The notes beneath the pieces are model-generated. The model was not told the DNA's origin. It made no database searches and saw only the letters and a list, made by a program, of their open reading frames with translations. DNA of 63,194 nucleotides, the filler included, from Lenisia limosa (lineage: Eukaryota > Protista > Breviatea): the NCBI GenBank assembly GCA_001655205.1. It is 14 parts of 14 records of this genome, joined end to end, with 100 filler letters (N's around TTAATTAATTAA, not from the genome) between each part and the next. Parts side by side here need not be neighbours in the genome. Positions count along the whole stretch, not along the records: positions 12,443 to 18,039 come from LPNZ01005533.1; positions 18,140 to 21,579 come from LPNZ01007795.1; positions 21,680 to 29,185 come from LPNZ01002574.1; 11 more parts are not named here. The stretch is one strand, 5' to 3'. The first letter of the stretch is position 1, and each line of letters opens with the position of its first letter. A program made the position numbers and the translations under genes. Positions 12,492 to 26,600 of the stretch are shown here, piece by piece.

Positions 12492-15400
12492 CTGGCTTCA
12501 GTGATGAGACTTCCACAACTTTCTACAGCCTTTTCGAAGATGCCACTGATGAGTGTCTAATTACATGTTGGAGGGGGGGGGGTTCCAACATATTATTATA
12601 ACGCTCTGATGGACTATTATTTGTATTATATGCTAACAACAAAGGCTTTTCCTGTGTCTGTAGTGTCAACAGTATGGTCTCGGGAACCATGTATGTTACA
12701 AATAGCTCTTTTTGCTTCTATGCTACCAAACTTGGTCAAGAAACGAAGGTTGGTGGTACACTTTTTTTCACCATATTCCATATTTTTTTCCAGTGAATGC
12801 ATACAGCCTTTTTTTTATCATTTCTAATTGCAACCAAAGAATCACCGCTGACTGTGTAGCTGCACATCAAATTCAAGGATATCAATCGGATATTCCAGAA
12901 GCAAAGTGCTGGTATGATAGCAGCTATTGGACTCACCACCAAGTCTCACAAGTTGAGGGGGGATTTTATTATTGTTACTTTTCTTCCTGCCTATATATAT
13001 ATATATATATATAGTATATGTATTACATATTATATAGTATATGTACATATATTTTCTTTAACTTTCTCAGATACACGCTGCGTTCGTTCAAAAACCGTGA
13101 CCAAGCCTTCGAGTACCTTCATAATGCTTGGGAACAGGCCAAACCACAAGAGGTTGCCCCCCCCCCCCTCCCCATCCTTCCTCTCTTGANNNNNNNNNNN
13201 NNNNNNNNNNNNNNNNNNNNNNNNNNNNNNNNNNNNNNNNNNNNNNNNNNNNNNNNTCCCCAGCAATCTCGTCGCGAGGAGTTCCGACCCCTCCCTGCCG
13301 AAGACGTTACGTTTGTCTCAGACCAGGTGCTTCACATTTCACCATTTGGCGGAGAAGTGGGAAGGGGGAGGGGGGGGGCTGGCAACACTCATCATTTGTA
13401 GTATACTATATTATATTAGTACGATATGATAGCATAGCATATCATATGTGAGTTTTTGAAGTTTGGTTTTGTTTGATTTTTATTTGTTTGTTTCTATTCA
13501 CTTCTTTAAATTCCATTGAATACTTTTTTGAAAAATGGAATGAAAAATATGTAATATATATACGTTTTTGTATTGTTTGAAAAGTAGTGAAATATCATCA
13601 CAATGGCTTTAGACCCAAGGTACCTTCATTATCACCAACTTCCGCATCATCTTTCTTGGATTTGAAGTGCTTGAGGTTGGCTGGACCTGGTTCGTTCTTT
13701 CCTTTCCAAAACTGAAGAGAACAAATCACACCTTCTCATTTCCAAAACAGGAGGAATTTTTTTTCCTCTTTAGCTTACCACTGTCATAGGATGAAGAGGA
13801 GATCGGAGAGAATGGAGAGCCCATTGACAATGATCGCCATTCTGGGGTTAGCCATTTCCTCAAATTTGTTCTCGTTCAGTATTCTTTTCCGTTCTTTCCT
13901 TTTGTTTTTGATGCTGATGATGTAGATTCTGGACATTGAGATTCCCCTTCAGTCTGTCTGGGGCCTGGCCAAGGACGGAACCCTGGGGTATAGCGTGAGG
14001 GGGGGGGGGATAATATTATTAACAAACCATCCGGTATTATCATCCCTTGATACCTCCCATAATAAGAATAGTAGTAGCTATTATATACATGTAGTATATC
14101 ATATATTACTAGTATTATCACATTTTGGATCATTCTCACGCGTGAACCATCATTTTCCACGCAGCTTATCCAGTTATATATGATAATTTACCGACATAAG
14201 TCTCAATGATACTTTGATATACTCGGGATGAACTCTCATGCTATTTTCTTTCATTATTTCGACTTGAAAGTCGGTCATATGATCGTATCACTTGTGGATA
14301 TGTGATGATATTGATATCCTTAGGTTGGAGGCAAGAAGGGAAAACTCTCCAAGTGGACCAACAACCTCAAATCTAAGGCAGCCCACTCTAAAATGGCTAC
14401 CAAGTTTACCAAGTCTTCTGTGGGTGGTGGTCGGGGTGCGTTAATAGGGGGAAGGTTGTCATGGGGAATATGGATGAAATATATTTATTTATTTTCAAAG
14501 AAAGGGTTCAAATTGAGATATATCTATATATATATTGTACTACATACAGTATGTTCCTTCAGGAACCTGATGAAAGTTTTGATAGTTTTGATTCGTCATC
14601 TAGTTATTTACTACCCAGGAGTCTCCAAGAACATTGTCTATTACATCAAAGGACTTCCAAAGGACCAAGTTCACTTTCCAGCCCTTGACCGGGTGGGTAG
14701 TCATAGACAGTCTGGATATTAGAGACAAATAGGTAGAGAGATAGTGGCAGCCCCCCCCCCCCTNNNNNNNNNNNNNNNNNNNNNNNNNNNNNNNNNNNNN
14801 NNNNNNNNNNNNNNNNNNNNNNNNNNNNNNNNNNNNNNNNNNNNNNNTTCATTTCCATTTCACCTCTATACAGACAACGTGGAGAGGCTTTTGACAAAAT
14901 CTCCGAGTTGGCCTTCCCAAAGTTCCATAGTAACCTGTTTGCGTTTGCGTTGGCTACTAAAAACTCCGTAGGGAGGAGGAAGGAGTAAAACAAAATACTT
15001 TTCTAATGGTGTGAGTATATTCCCTTGGACGTAATCCTATCCGACCGCGAATATCATGTTATACAACATTACGATAACCCTTCTTTGATGACTTAAACGT
15101 CATAGAGACCCAGCAATGTTACACGAATCAATGGTACATCAATTCGACCAGAGTACCTCCCAAGTGGCCCAGGTTTGTGGATGACTATGGGGAAATGGAC
15201 AGTTTATGTTTGTTTATTATCCAATCAGATCAATAGATATTGAGGTGATGTCTTGTTTTGTAATCGTTTTAATAAGCTCAGTATCTCGTTTGCTTTCCTA
15301 ACATATCAGATGCAGGATGGACATTTGACATCGAGAAGGAAATGGAGAGAATGGGTATGTATGACTTGTCTATGAAATATGGCGATACAAAATGTGTTAC

Positions 15401-17963
15401 TTCTGACATTATCACTACAATTCTGTTGTGGGAAGGGCTACACAATCCATTGAATAGTAGTTTAATTAGTTTTTTCTAACCATATAAATGAGATCCTAAG
15501 CTCATGGAACTGGTATTTTTCAGTTTCGTTTTCAACTACTTCCATCTACTTACATCCCCCCTCCCCAGAAATACCTGGTAAACGGCTTCGTCTATCCCCC
15601 TCCAACTTTAACTACGGACTATGCGACACGTACCCTGACCATCTTTTTGTTCCTGTAGACTTTACTGATGAAAAACTTGAACAGGTCGCTTGCTTCAGGT
15701 CTGTGATAAAGAAGGGATAATAGAATAGCGTGTGTTCCCTATTTTCAATCATACAAAACATGCAAGTTATAACTGAAAAGGTACAATCCATTCTTGTATC
15801 CTGTTTATGTTTTTGTTTTTGCCCAATTGAAAAGCCACATCTCGCTGTTGACAGTAGTAGATCGAAAAACAGAATTCCTGTGGTAACGTGGGCTCATCCG
15901 AATCACAAAAATGGAGCACTCATGATCCGCTCTAGCCAACCTCGTAGGCCTGTTTCTCGAAAGTATCTTTCTGAACAAAGTACTGCCTTTGGTATTTTAA
16001 CATCAAAGATGACAATTATCCTACCTCTCTTTTTTTAACACTGTGAATCTTCTTTCCTCACTACTGCACCACCACACTTTTTTCAATCGATGAGGGGTGC
16101 TGTGTTTCTATTTTTGTTTTGTTTTTACTTCGTCATTTCCCATTTTTCATCCTTACCCCTCCTCAGAGTCTGGCTTTGCTCGGCAGAGATGCCCTGAAGA
16201 TGAGGAACTTCTCGCAGAATATGTGAAAATAGCCAACTCACCCAATCTTGCCATATGTGGGGGGGGGGGGGGNNNNNNNNNNNNNNNNNNNNNNNNNNNN
16301 NNNNNNNNNNNNNNNNNNNNNNNNNNNNNNNNNNNNNNNNNNNNNNNNNNNNNNNNNNNNNNNNNNNNNNNNNNNNNNNNNNNNNNNNNNNNNNNNNNNN
16401 NNNNNNNNNNNNNNNNNNNNNNNNNNNNNNTGCATTCTACACTTCGTCAAACGCCTACGTTGTGTACCTTGGAATCGAAAACATTCATGCGGGTAGGATA
16501 CACGAGTAGTTGTAATGCTTAAATTCAAAACTCATTTTTGTTATAATACTGTTTTGGTTGGACTAAGAGATCCAATTTTTGATACAAGGTCTTTGCTTGG
16601 CAATCTGCATCACTTCAGTACTGTAATTTGTCATTTATTTACCTGCCCCCCCCCCTCATTTTCCATTCACAACTTAGCACGCTCCTCCCTTCTTCAGTTG
16701 GCCGACGCATGCTACCTCCCAGACATCAACACAAGCAAATGGTTGGATAAGTAGAAACACAAGTTAATTACAACCAAGGCCAATAAGCTTTGGATATTGT
16801 CTGTTATAAGTTCCATTTTAGGCAAGAAGCAGTTGCTGGCTCTCAGTGGCTTCTTCATGTTCGATCTGTTTTAGCAGCTAGTGTTCAAATTGCTGATACA
16901 ATCAATAAGGTCAGTCTAATATACCTTTTTTATTATCGTAAACAGCACGCTTGTTGTTTCACTTATTGAAGAAAATTGAATCCGAAAATCATAATTATGA
17001 TACCTTCGTATCCTCGTGTTATCGCTTTTTTATCCCCAAGGGCGTAACTTCGCTGATTCACTGCTCTGATGGCTGGGACAGAACAGCCCAGGTGGGTGTA
17101 TCCGGGACAATCTGCCAATGCACACATTGAGTGAGAGCACCCTTCGTGTAATTGATATGAATGTATTGACATATCATATACCATAGTTACATATCATATA
17201 TTACCATTATATAAATGCATGTAGTACATATAATAATCATAATGGTGTACTCTGTACTGTTGAAAAGGTAATAGGTTAGTCACAGTTTAGCTCTCTTCGC
17301 TGTCACAGATTCTTCTGGACCCGCACTTCCGAACAATTGAGGGCTTCTTTGGCCTTATCCAGAAGGACTGGCTTGACTTTGGCCATAAGGTTTGCTATTG
17401 TAATGACAAGAGGTATTATGAATAGCTATTGGAAGGCTGTAAACTGCTTTGTTGTTCAAAATCACGAGAGGTTACCCCCGCAGTTCCAGGACCGTATTGG
17501 TGTTGGTCCTCGAGTGGCTGATGACCAAAAGGAGTGGTCACCCGTGTTTACTATGTTCTTCGATTGGTGGGTGCGGGGGTGGGGGTATTTATTATTTCTC
17601 ATAATATTTGGTTAAGTAATAATATTATTTTACTACATTATAAATTATGGTTTCTCCTTTTCAAAGATGTGGTGACAGCCCACCTAGAGATTCTTTTCTT
17701 ATGCATGCCAATCCCTTTCAGCCTCCACCAAGTTATGAATCAATTCCCGATGGCATTTGAGTTCGACTCTTCACTTCTTATTGGTGAGAGCAGCAGGATT
17801 CTTCACTGGAAATTATTGGAATATGTAGAAACTATTGACCAAATGTCTTAATATTTAGATGGCTCAATAAAACGAAATCACTCACTTTTTAGCCATGCAG
17901 GACTTGGCGTATTCATCATCATTTGGTACATTCCTCACCAACTGCCAGAAGGAGAGGAATGAG
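12492..17963 (+). CDS. Myotubularin-family PI3P phosphatase with an extra N-terminal GRAM domain (partial)
   Basis: Exons give [15 protein letters not shown] and [20 protein letters not shown] (GRAM), then [37 protein letters not shown], catalytic HCSDGWDRT at 17059-17085, [35 protein letters not shown] and FGTFL.N.QKER. Confidence 0.93.
14100..14300 (-). repeat. Dispersed repeat R1, intronic copy
   Basis: Reverse complement of the 4545-4770 motifs. Confidence 0.8.
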
Positions 17964-18699
17964 GTAATTTGCTCTCACGTGTATCACCATTTAAAAAAAT
18001 ATCATTTAAAAATTTACGACAGCTTCCTTTTTACCCGTCNNNNNNNNNNNNNNNNNNNNNNNNNNNNNNNNNNNNNNNNNNNNTTAATTAATTAANNNNN
18101 NNNNNNNNNNNNNNNNNNNNNNNNNNNNNNNNNNNNNNNCGATGAAGAATATTCGCGTAAAGGTACCGAATAATCTGAAACTCCAAACGAACAAGCAGAG
18201 CAAGAAAGCCCAAATCATTTTATTACCAAGGCAATGACAAACGAGGGAGGGGGGGGGGCAAGGCAGTTATATTTACTAAGAAAAGAACCTAAAAAAAGCG
18301 ACATCCACACCCCATACACCAAAATAAAGCAAACAGCAACTGCGAGAGAGCAGCCCCCNNNNNNNNNNNNNNNNNNNNNNNNNNNNNNNNNNNNNNNNNN
18401 NNNNNNNNNNNNNNNNNNNNNNNNNNNNNNNNNNNNNNNNNNNNNNNNNNNNNNNNNNNNNNNNNNNNNNNNNNNNNNNNNNNNNNNNNNNNNNNNNNNN
18501 NNNNNNNNNNNNNNNNNNNNNNNNNNNNNNNNNNNNNNNNNNNNNNNNNNNNNNNNNNNNNNNNNNNNNNNNNNNNNNNNTAAAAGAATGAAGTAATTAT
18601 TTTTCCAATACTAGTTTTTTTGTGTTATTTGAAAATTCGGGAAAATTCTAGGACATTCTATGAATTTTTTTTTTTTTTAACGATTGCCTCGCTCCCTTA

Positions 18700-21190
18700 C
18701 TCATAGCCTTGTATTCTTCCTTGGTGAGTCCAGCACGTTTGCGGTACTGCATCGGCATTGGGCGGTCACTGGTTGGTTAGGGGAGACCTTGGCATAATGG
18801 GGAAAACGAAGAAAATTACCCCTTGTCTGTCCTACCGTCTTGAGCAGAGAAGGACCTTGTGAATTCTCCAAACCATGAGACGCACAGCGTACTCCTCGTC
18901 AAAGAGCACCGTGTCGGCAAAGGCCGAGGACTCAATGATGCGGCAGCGGTGGTGGAACTGCGGTGTAAAAAAGGGGGTGAAGTGAATGATATTTTGATGA
19001 ATATTGGGTCATGGGAGCTGAAAAGATGAATGATGAGGAGGGGAGAGTTAACAAGACGGAGTGCCAACCTCAACAATAAGGGCCACGAGAACGGCAAAGA
19101 CGGCAAGTGCTGAAATTATGAATAAACACAGGACCAGAGTTGTCATAAAGGATGGTGATATATTGATACGTCCCAGTAAGTTGTGAAAAGGAAGCGTAAG
19201 TTGTGTTAGCTCATCGTAATGCACACCTGTGATGGCGAGCATAATGAACCCAAGAATGTCCATTCCAGCCACTTCGAAGAGGTACTCCAGGTAGAACACT
19301 CCGAGGAAGATCATACTGGGGAGGGGGGTAACAAGGAACGTTATAGTCCAAAGAAGCAAAAGACAGATATAGATAACACAATCAGTTATTTTGTTACGAA
19401 GTGGTGCATTATTCGCCCACAGGAAAACGTTAAGGACAAGCTCGTAGACGTTGATTTGGACGGAGCGGTAGGGGAACGTCAGGAGCTGCATGACAAGGCC
19501 GAAGAAAACGATGACAAGCGCACCAGCAACCTGGGGGGTTTATACACGACAGGGGAGGGGGGTTAATGAGCATTATGATGAGGTTTCTTTTGACTATTAC
19601 GAAATTAGTCAAAACGGCAGGATCAAAGTATAACACAGACATCCACGGCAAAACGCTCACTTGGATGGTGACTTGCGAGTGGAAGAAAGTGATGGTGGCA
19701 ATAAGGAGGGCCTTGCGGAACATGTTGATAATCTCCCACAAGAAGAAACTGCAAAACGTCAAAACAGATCCTTATAAATGAATGTGATAACGGGACAATT
19801 GGCATGCTCTTCCGCAATGTTTAAATAGAAGGACGTGCGCACAACCACGATAAATGTCCAGTACAATTCTTAATCAGAGCAAACCTGTCTCTGAAACGAA
19901 GATATGTCAGACCCCAGAGGAAGGCAACGTAGCGCTCACGACGCGACGTGCGGACAATGAGAAGGGACTGGGGTTGATGGGAGGTAGATAATAAAATTAT
20001 AAGGCAAAAAAATCAAATACTACGGTGCGATTGATTTTTATTTTTTATTAAAACAATAATATTCCGCGTCTAATTTTAACTAATATTATACTCCACACCA
20101 AAAATACGCTGAGTAAATATCAGCAGGCAATCGCCGAGTCTCCTTCAGCTTACCACAAAGAAGAAGATCGGGATGCCGGCTGAGAACAGCACCAGGGCAC
20201 CGATGATGAAGGGGAGGAAGTCTGTCCACCTGGGGGGGGGGGGTAAGNNNNNNNNNNNNNNNNNNNNNNNNNNNNNNNNNNNNNNNNNNNNNNNNNNNNN
20301 NNNNNNNNNNNNNNNNNNNNNNNNNNNNNNNNNNNNNNNNNNNNNNNNNNNNNNNNNNNNNNNNNNNNNNNNNNNNNNNNNNNNNNNNNNNNNNNNNNNN
20401 NNNNNNNNNNNNNNNNNNNNNNNNNNNNNNNNNNNNNNNNNNNNNNNNNNNNNNNNNNNNNNNNNNNNNNNNNNNNNNNNNNNNNNNNNNNNNNNNNNNN
20501 NTCGTATTCTGTTTTCAATGTAACATGTCCCCACCAGGTATCGTAGCACTTATGTTCGGAGGGCGCGGCGTTGAACGTCCAGTCGCCATCCTCGTCAGTG
20601 CAGGAGAAGAAGCCCATGGCCGTTTGAGTCAGCATGAAGTACAGGAAGGTCAGGGCGAACATCCACATTGAGAACGTGCGGCGGAAGACCACTCCCACGC
20701 GGGTCAAGACTCGGTACTGCGAGGTCAAAATCGATGCTTTATGAAACAAATAGTTATAACTTTGTTGAGAGTGGAAAATGTTAAGGCATGTTGTCAAGAA
20801 AAGGCACGTTACGTTGCTAATAAAAGTTTTGAAAAACTAAACAAAAAAAAAGGGATAATATATATACTTTGAGGTGTTTACACCAACAACACCACAAACC
20901 TTGTCAGCACTTTCGGCTTGAGACCAAAGAATGGTGTTGGCTCCAAAGCCCTTGGGCTTCTCGTTGTCGTCATCTGATCCTCCATCTTCAACTTCCTAAT
21001 ATGGTGAGTCAGTCCATTGTTAGCAATGTGATGATCTCGACAAGTCAGTTCCATACAGAATCAAAGCGCCGCACCCTTGTCACCCCCCCCCCCCCNNNNN
21101 NNNNNNNNNNNNNNNNNNNNNNNNNNNNNNNNNNNNNNNNNNNNNNNNNNNNNNNNNNNNNNNNNNNNNNNNNNNNNNGGGCTCGTTACC
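18700..21190 (-). CDS. Partial multi-pass membrane protein (protist Cys-rich receptor TM module)
   Basis: Exons AMGFFSCTDEDGDWTFNAAPSEHKCYDTWW, FLPFIIGALVLFSAGIPIFF, FLWGLTYLRF, FLWEIINMFRKALLI, QLLTFPYRSVQINVYEL and MIFLGVFYLEY. Confidence 0.75.
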
Positions 21191-21900
21191 TGGGGTATGA
21201 CCGAAGAAAGTAACGATGATGAATAGTGTTTTTGGCGGAGTTAATGACGAAAGTCTGCGTTCGAAAAGAAGCAGAGCTTCCAGAAAAAACGCAGAATTTT
21301 ATGGTGAATCTAAACCGGTAGTTGCTTCGATTGGCGAGTCCACAAGCAGTTGTGGAGACATACAAATAAAGAGACAAAATACTACCAGCCTACCCTTGCC
21401 ACAACAGCACGTCATAGCAATCCAGTAAGGAATGTAGACAACCAATCCGAGAACACTACGAACAGTGAGTCAACATGTAGCAAGTGTGTAACATGAGAAA
21501 CACTATATATATATATATAATATATGTGATGGGACAAAACATGAATCACGGGACAAAACTGTGAATCAGGGACAAAACTNNNNNNNNNNNNNNNNNNNNN
21601 NNNNNNNNNNNNNNNNNNNNNNNTTAATTAATTAANNNNNNNNNNNNNNNNNNNNNNNNNNNNNNNNNNNNNNNNNNNNCCTCCAATCCCTTCAAAACGC
21701 CTCAGCTCAAACGGCAGTTTTTGTGGCCACTGCTCACGGACCTCTGGATGAGGTTACCAGGTAAGGGGGGTTATACTTTTGTTACTTAATTTGTTTATTT
21801 ATTTCATTGTTAGTTTTTTTTTCCTCTTTCCTTGTTTACCTTTCTTCCTAATTATTTGTTTATTTTTTTCTCGGTGTTACTCCTCTTTATTGATTACTTC

Positions 21901-22000
21901 AAGGGCTTCACTTCGGTTTTTTTAAAAACTGAATTTCTCGATAAATCTTCAATAAATATCGATATTTTATCAGTCTTTTTCGAACCGAAATGAAGCCCTA
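21901..22000. mobile_element. hAT-type MITE family A, with TSD ATTACTTC
   Basis: AAGGGCTTCACTTCGGTT...AACCGAAATGAAGCCCTA flanked by identical 8-mers at 21893-21900 and 22001-22008. Confidence 0.9.
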
Positions 22001-22115
22001 ATTACTTCCCATTATTTGCTGAATATAATTCCCAGGGCCCCGTTTTGACTGTTTTTAGACTTGCATCCCTTCAAAACACCCCCAATTGGAACGCGGATTT
22101 GGTGGGGAGTGTATA

Positions 22116-22212
22116 TAGGCCTTCACTTCGGTTCAGAAAATACTGGTAAAATATCGATAGTTTTCGAGGATTTGTCGAGAAGTTCAGTCTGTTTTTGAAC
22201 CGAAGTGAAGAC
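22116..22212. mobile_element. MITE family A
   Basis: TAGGCCTTCACTTCGGTTC...GAACCGAAGTGAAG. Confidence 0.8.
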
Positions 22213-23384
22213 TGACTTAGGATTCTTGTGAAAATGTTGGAATTCCCATATTTTATAAGGGAATCCCATGTAATTCTTTGGAAATTTGAAGACATTTATA
22301 CCCAAATGATAAGGAAATCCCTACGATCTCCAACTGACCCTCGCTTCCCCCCTTCACTCTCCTTAGGCAAAGGAGCTTATTAGCGCCTCAGACAAGGCCA
22401 GAAACCTGAAGCTTTGGATTGGAAATGGCCGTCATGCCTCCGAATAAGGTAGCGTTGTTTTTTTTATGTGTGTGTTGCAGTTATGGTTTGCTATGATGAA
22501 TTTTTACAATCACAAAGTTTGTAGCTATCACTACACTTCTTCACCATATGCTCTATTATATGATATAGTAATATGATGAAGTCTCAAAATTATCATGCTG
22601 CTGGGGGAAATCAAGCCGAATGAAGGGTTGGTTTGTTGTTTCACTCGAGTATGGGATAAGTCCTAACCAGTAACATGAGCACATGACTGACTCGAGTCTA
22701 AGGAAGAATGGACGAGGGTTCTAATGTTAGAGTTTGAGACATTCGTCTATCATGAGGAATGAGTCCACACGTTTGAAAATGACCCAGAAAGTGATGTGAT
22801 AAAAATAGTAACGATTTCGGGTTTTTTGTTTGGCTGGCAGCTTTTCCCTAAATTCACAGTTAAAAACAAACATCACCATGTATCAATCACTCCACTTAAC
22901 AACATAATAAGAAAAAACCACTCGAATCAAAATTACAGACAAAATAATCAACAAAAAGGGGAAATTGGCTTCTAAGGCAAAACGGGGTCATTGGAGTCCT
23001 TCTATGCGAGTAAAGAATATATGATATCGACTTAGGATTCTGATGAAAACGTTGGAAATCCCATATTTCATGAGAATTTCATGGATAATTTGAAAGTATA
23101 TAATATGATATCGACAGGCTGACGTACTGAAGCTATGTTAAGAAATGTTGGGATGAGGAGTGAAAAACGTAATGGCAAATGCAACAAGATACAGGACAAA
23201 ATCAACGAACAAAGCAAGAAATCGGATTTGCCCATGATAGAATGAAGGTATTACAAATAGAGAGACAAGACAAAGGGAAAACTAATCGCATACCAGCGGC
23301 ACTGATGATGATGTCTCCTGAAATTGGAAAGTGTCCAATTCATCCTATATGGGTGAGCATATAGAAGCAGGGCTAAGAGAAATA

Positions 23385-23520
23385 TCAATATTTATCGAAA
23401 TAATTTATATCTGGCTGAAGCTGTCCACACCATCACTCTGAGAAGAGATGTTGGATTATAGCATATAAATAATTCACCCAAACATATGCCTTGAATATAT
23501 GAATTGACCGAATTGACAAG
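23385..23520 (-). repeat. Dispersed repeat D (unclassified)
   Basis: Sense strand tttgggtgaattat...gtgatggtgtggacagcttcagccagata. Confidence 0.7.
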
Positions 23521-23689
23521 GAATACCCCTGCTTCTCCTCTTCCATTATCTCCAACCCCATTGTGATGATAATACAAAAAAACTGTCTTCTCGAAATATT
23601 TTAATTTGACAAAACACAACCAATCTTCCCCCTTTTATTAAAAGCTATTGCCCCCCCCCCCACCAGTTCAGTTTCCATTGAGGTAATAA

Positions 23690-26600
23690 CCATGTCGCTA
23701 TGACTCTGAGGAAGATCGTCGTTATCCCACGTGATGTCTTTCGGAGGATTCAGGTCACCCATCTATCAAGATGTTAATGAAAATAAAATGAATATGGCTA
23801 TTGAAATGAAAGTCATATCATTACTATGGCTATTGAATTACTATAGCTATATAGCTATTGGAATGAAAGCCATCATTACTATGGCTAAATTAATATGGTA
23901 TTAAATGGAAACAAATTTTGAAAAAAAGGTATTAGAACTAAAGCTTCATTTCGGTTCGAAAAAGACCGGTAAAACATCGATAGTTATCGAGGATTAATCG
24001 AGAAATTCAGTCTTTTTTCCAAACGAAGTGAAGCCCAAATTAGAAATTAAAGTAATGAAAGAGAAACTGAAAATGAAAGGAATGAACATGAAAGTCGATA
24101 TGAAGACTTCCCACCACATAGACAGGCTTCGGGCGATTTCGAGCCTCCATAATCACGGACACCGTGATGACGATAATATTAACGCCAATTAGAGCAATGA
24201 CAAAGATGGAGAGGTAGAGCTGCAGATTCGCATCGCTGTCGTCAAGGAATATCTGCAATGGTAATTGCTTTTTTGGGCCTATTAATAACGGTAATTTACA
24301 TATTTTGAATGCAGGGAATAATAAAGAGGAATAAAAAAAAAAGTTTACTGGAATCGGAAGATCACTAGTCTCAAAAAAATAATAAATATATGTATATATC
24401 AAATAAAAGAATGTCTAACATCACAACAAAAACAATTATAAAAAGTACAAGTGAAAGAGAATCTCCAAAAAATCTATATGGTGTAATGATGATTGTAGAG
24501 TGTCGAAGCTTTGAACCGCTGGCTTCAGGAGTCTTCCAGTTCACTCTCCTTGATGGGACCGGAGAAATCAAACAGGTGGTCTACATCACGGCCAAGGCAA
24601 ACTGCCTTTTGTTTCTTTTTTTTACACCATAGAACTGAAGCAATGGTACTCCTGAGCTGCTAGTTGTATTTATATGTGAGTGACTTATATCTCTTTTTCT
24701 GTATCTACAGGTTTGGGATTGAGCAAACTGGGACAACCTCTCTGAAGTTGAATCAAGCATATTGAGAAGTCTGGTGATCTGTACTCTAATGAAGCTAGCT
24801 AACATTACCACCGCTTCAGTTCAGAAACAAGATATTTTCCTTACGACTGCGGTACCATTGCTGCTTCTCACATCCTCCTGATTAGAGCTTCACTTTCGGT
24901 TCTGAAACCTGTAAAATATCGATATTTATCGAGGATTTATCGATTCAGTCGTTTTTTGAACCGAAGTGAAGCTCTACTCCTGATGTTAGAAAACGTTGTA
25001 AATACTACCAAAGTAGATCCAATGATGAGATCTGCCTTGTGTTTTGCTTATGTGTGTTTAGCAGTGCAGGTTGTTTTGACAGTGTTGTATTTATGAGAAC
25101 TGTTTATCGATTTGATTACACTCTGTTTTATTGAATGTTTTACGTCAAAATGTAATAGGTCCTATACACCGTTATTTCAAATATTTTTTCATGAGCGCAA
25201 AGGACATATGGGTGCTAAGTGCTGTGCCCAGTGCAGATGTGGAGGCGCGAATCCTGAGTGAAATGGCATCATTTAAAAAGAGTGTTTGATTGTTATCTCA
25301 ATTATTATTCAAACAACGAGCAATAACTATGTGTTCTTTGTTAAAAATGAACTTGAAACTACCAAAGTAGAAGGTGCTCACGAGATCCAATCCATCACTG
25401 CATTTATTTGTTTCAACTGCTTCTCACATCCTTAAAATTCAATAATTAGATTATTTTAAGCCCCTTGAGCAGCTAGAATAGCAGATTTGGGGTTTCATAA
25501 ACAATGGCCTCATACAATATTATACGATATTAGGTACTCCCTTATTCATGACTCAGTGACATTTTGAGCGAAATCTATGAAGTGAACTCGTGTCCTTTCC
25601 TTTATTTATTTCGACCCGAATTGTGAATAAGTGAATCACTATTTCTTTTATCACAATATTTGCTTTTGCGCTTTGTAGAACTGTTTTATTCCCTGAAATT
25701 TGACAGGACGACATCCTTTTTCTCCAAGAAAAACCCAAGATTGGAGTGAAGCCAAAAGATGAAAAAAATGAAACGAACAAGGTGAAAAGAACATCTAAAA
25801 ATTAAAAAGAAGAAAGAAAAGGAACATAAAATATATAAAATACTAAATAGCAGAACCAACCATTCCCGAGCTCATTGTTGCAAGACACGAGAAGAGCGTC
25901 CAGGATTCAAGCCGATTGAGCCGTTTAGAGACATAGGGCTTGTTGGAGCTGTGGATGTAGAGGCCTATCAGGAACACCATTGACGATGACATTGTCAGAA
26001 CAATTGGCCGGCTGGGAGCGGTGAAAAAACAAGGGAAGAATGGTGGCAATACTCCTCATTTTTCATGAGTCAAAATACACCTAATCACCTATAAAGGCCT
26101 TACTCCCACTTCAACAAACGTTAAATAGAAAAACTGAAAAGTACAGGATCAATAGTACCTAACGCTTTACTTCGGTTCAAAAAAAAAGACTAAATTTCTC
26201 CATAAATCAGTCTTTTTCGAATCGAAGTGAATCCCAAATAATACCCTAGAACACCCCCCTTTCTCACAAGTCAAAACTCCCTAAACTAACACTCCCATCA
26301 CGTGTTAAAGATAATATACCCCTCTCACGAGTCCACGAAAGTGAGGCACGACACGAAGGCGACCGATCTTCCCATGATAATCAGCTCCCACATGAAGTTC
26401 TTTGGCCGGAATCGCGTGTACAGGAATCCGTATCTGGAAATGATAAAAAAAACAAAAAAATAGTTGAGCAGTTAATATTGCCAAAGAAGAACGATAATTA
26501 GTGCTTCATTTCGGTTCGGTTCGGTTTCGGTTAACCAAAACCGAACCAATAAATATGTCGGTCGGTTATTGCAGAAATTATGTCGGTTTTGGTTCGATAA

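Noticed and set aside
24480-24860. Nested gene inside an intron of the multi-TM gene
   Set aside because: Short open frames on both strands have stops and no consistent splice phase, and they are interspersed with local repeats.
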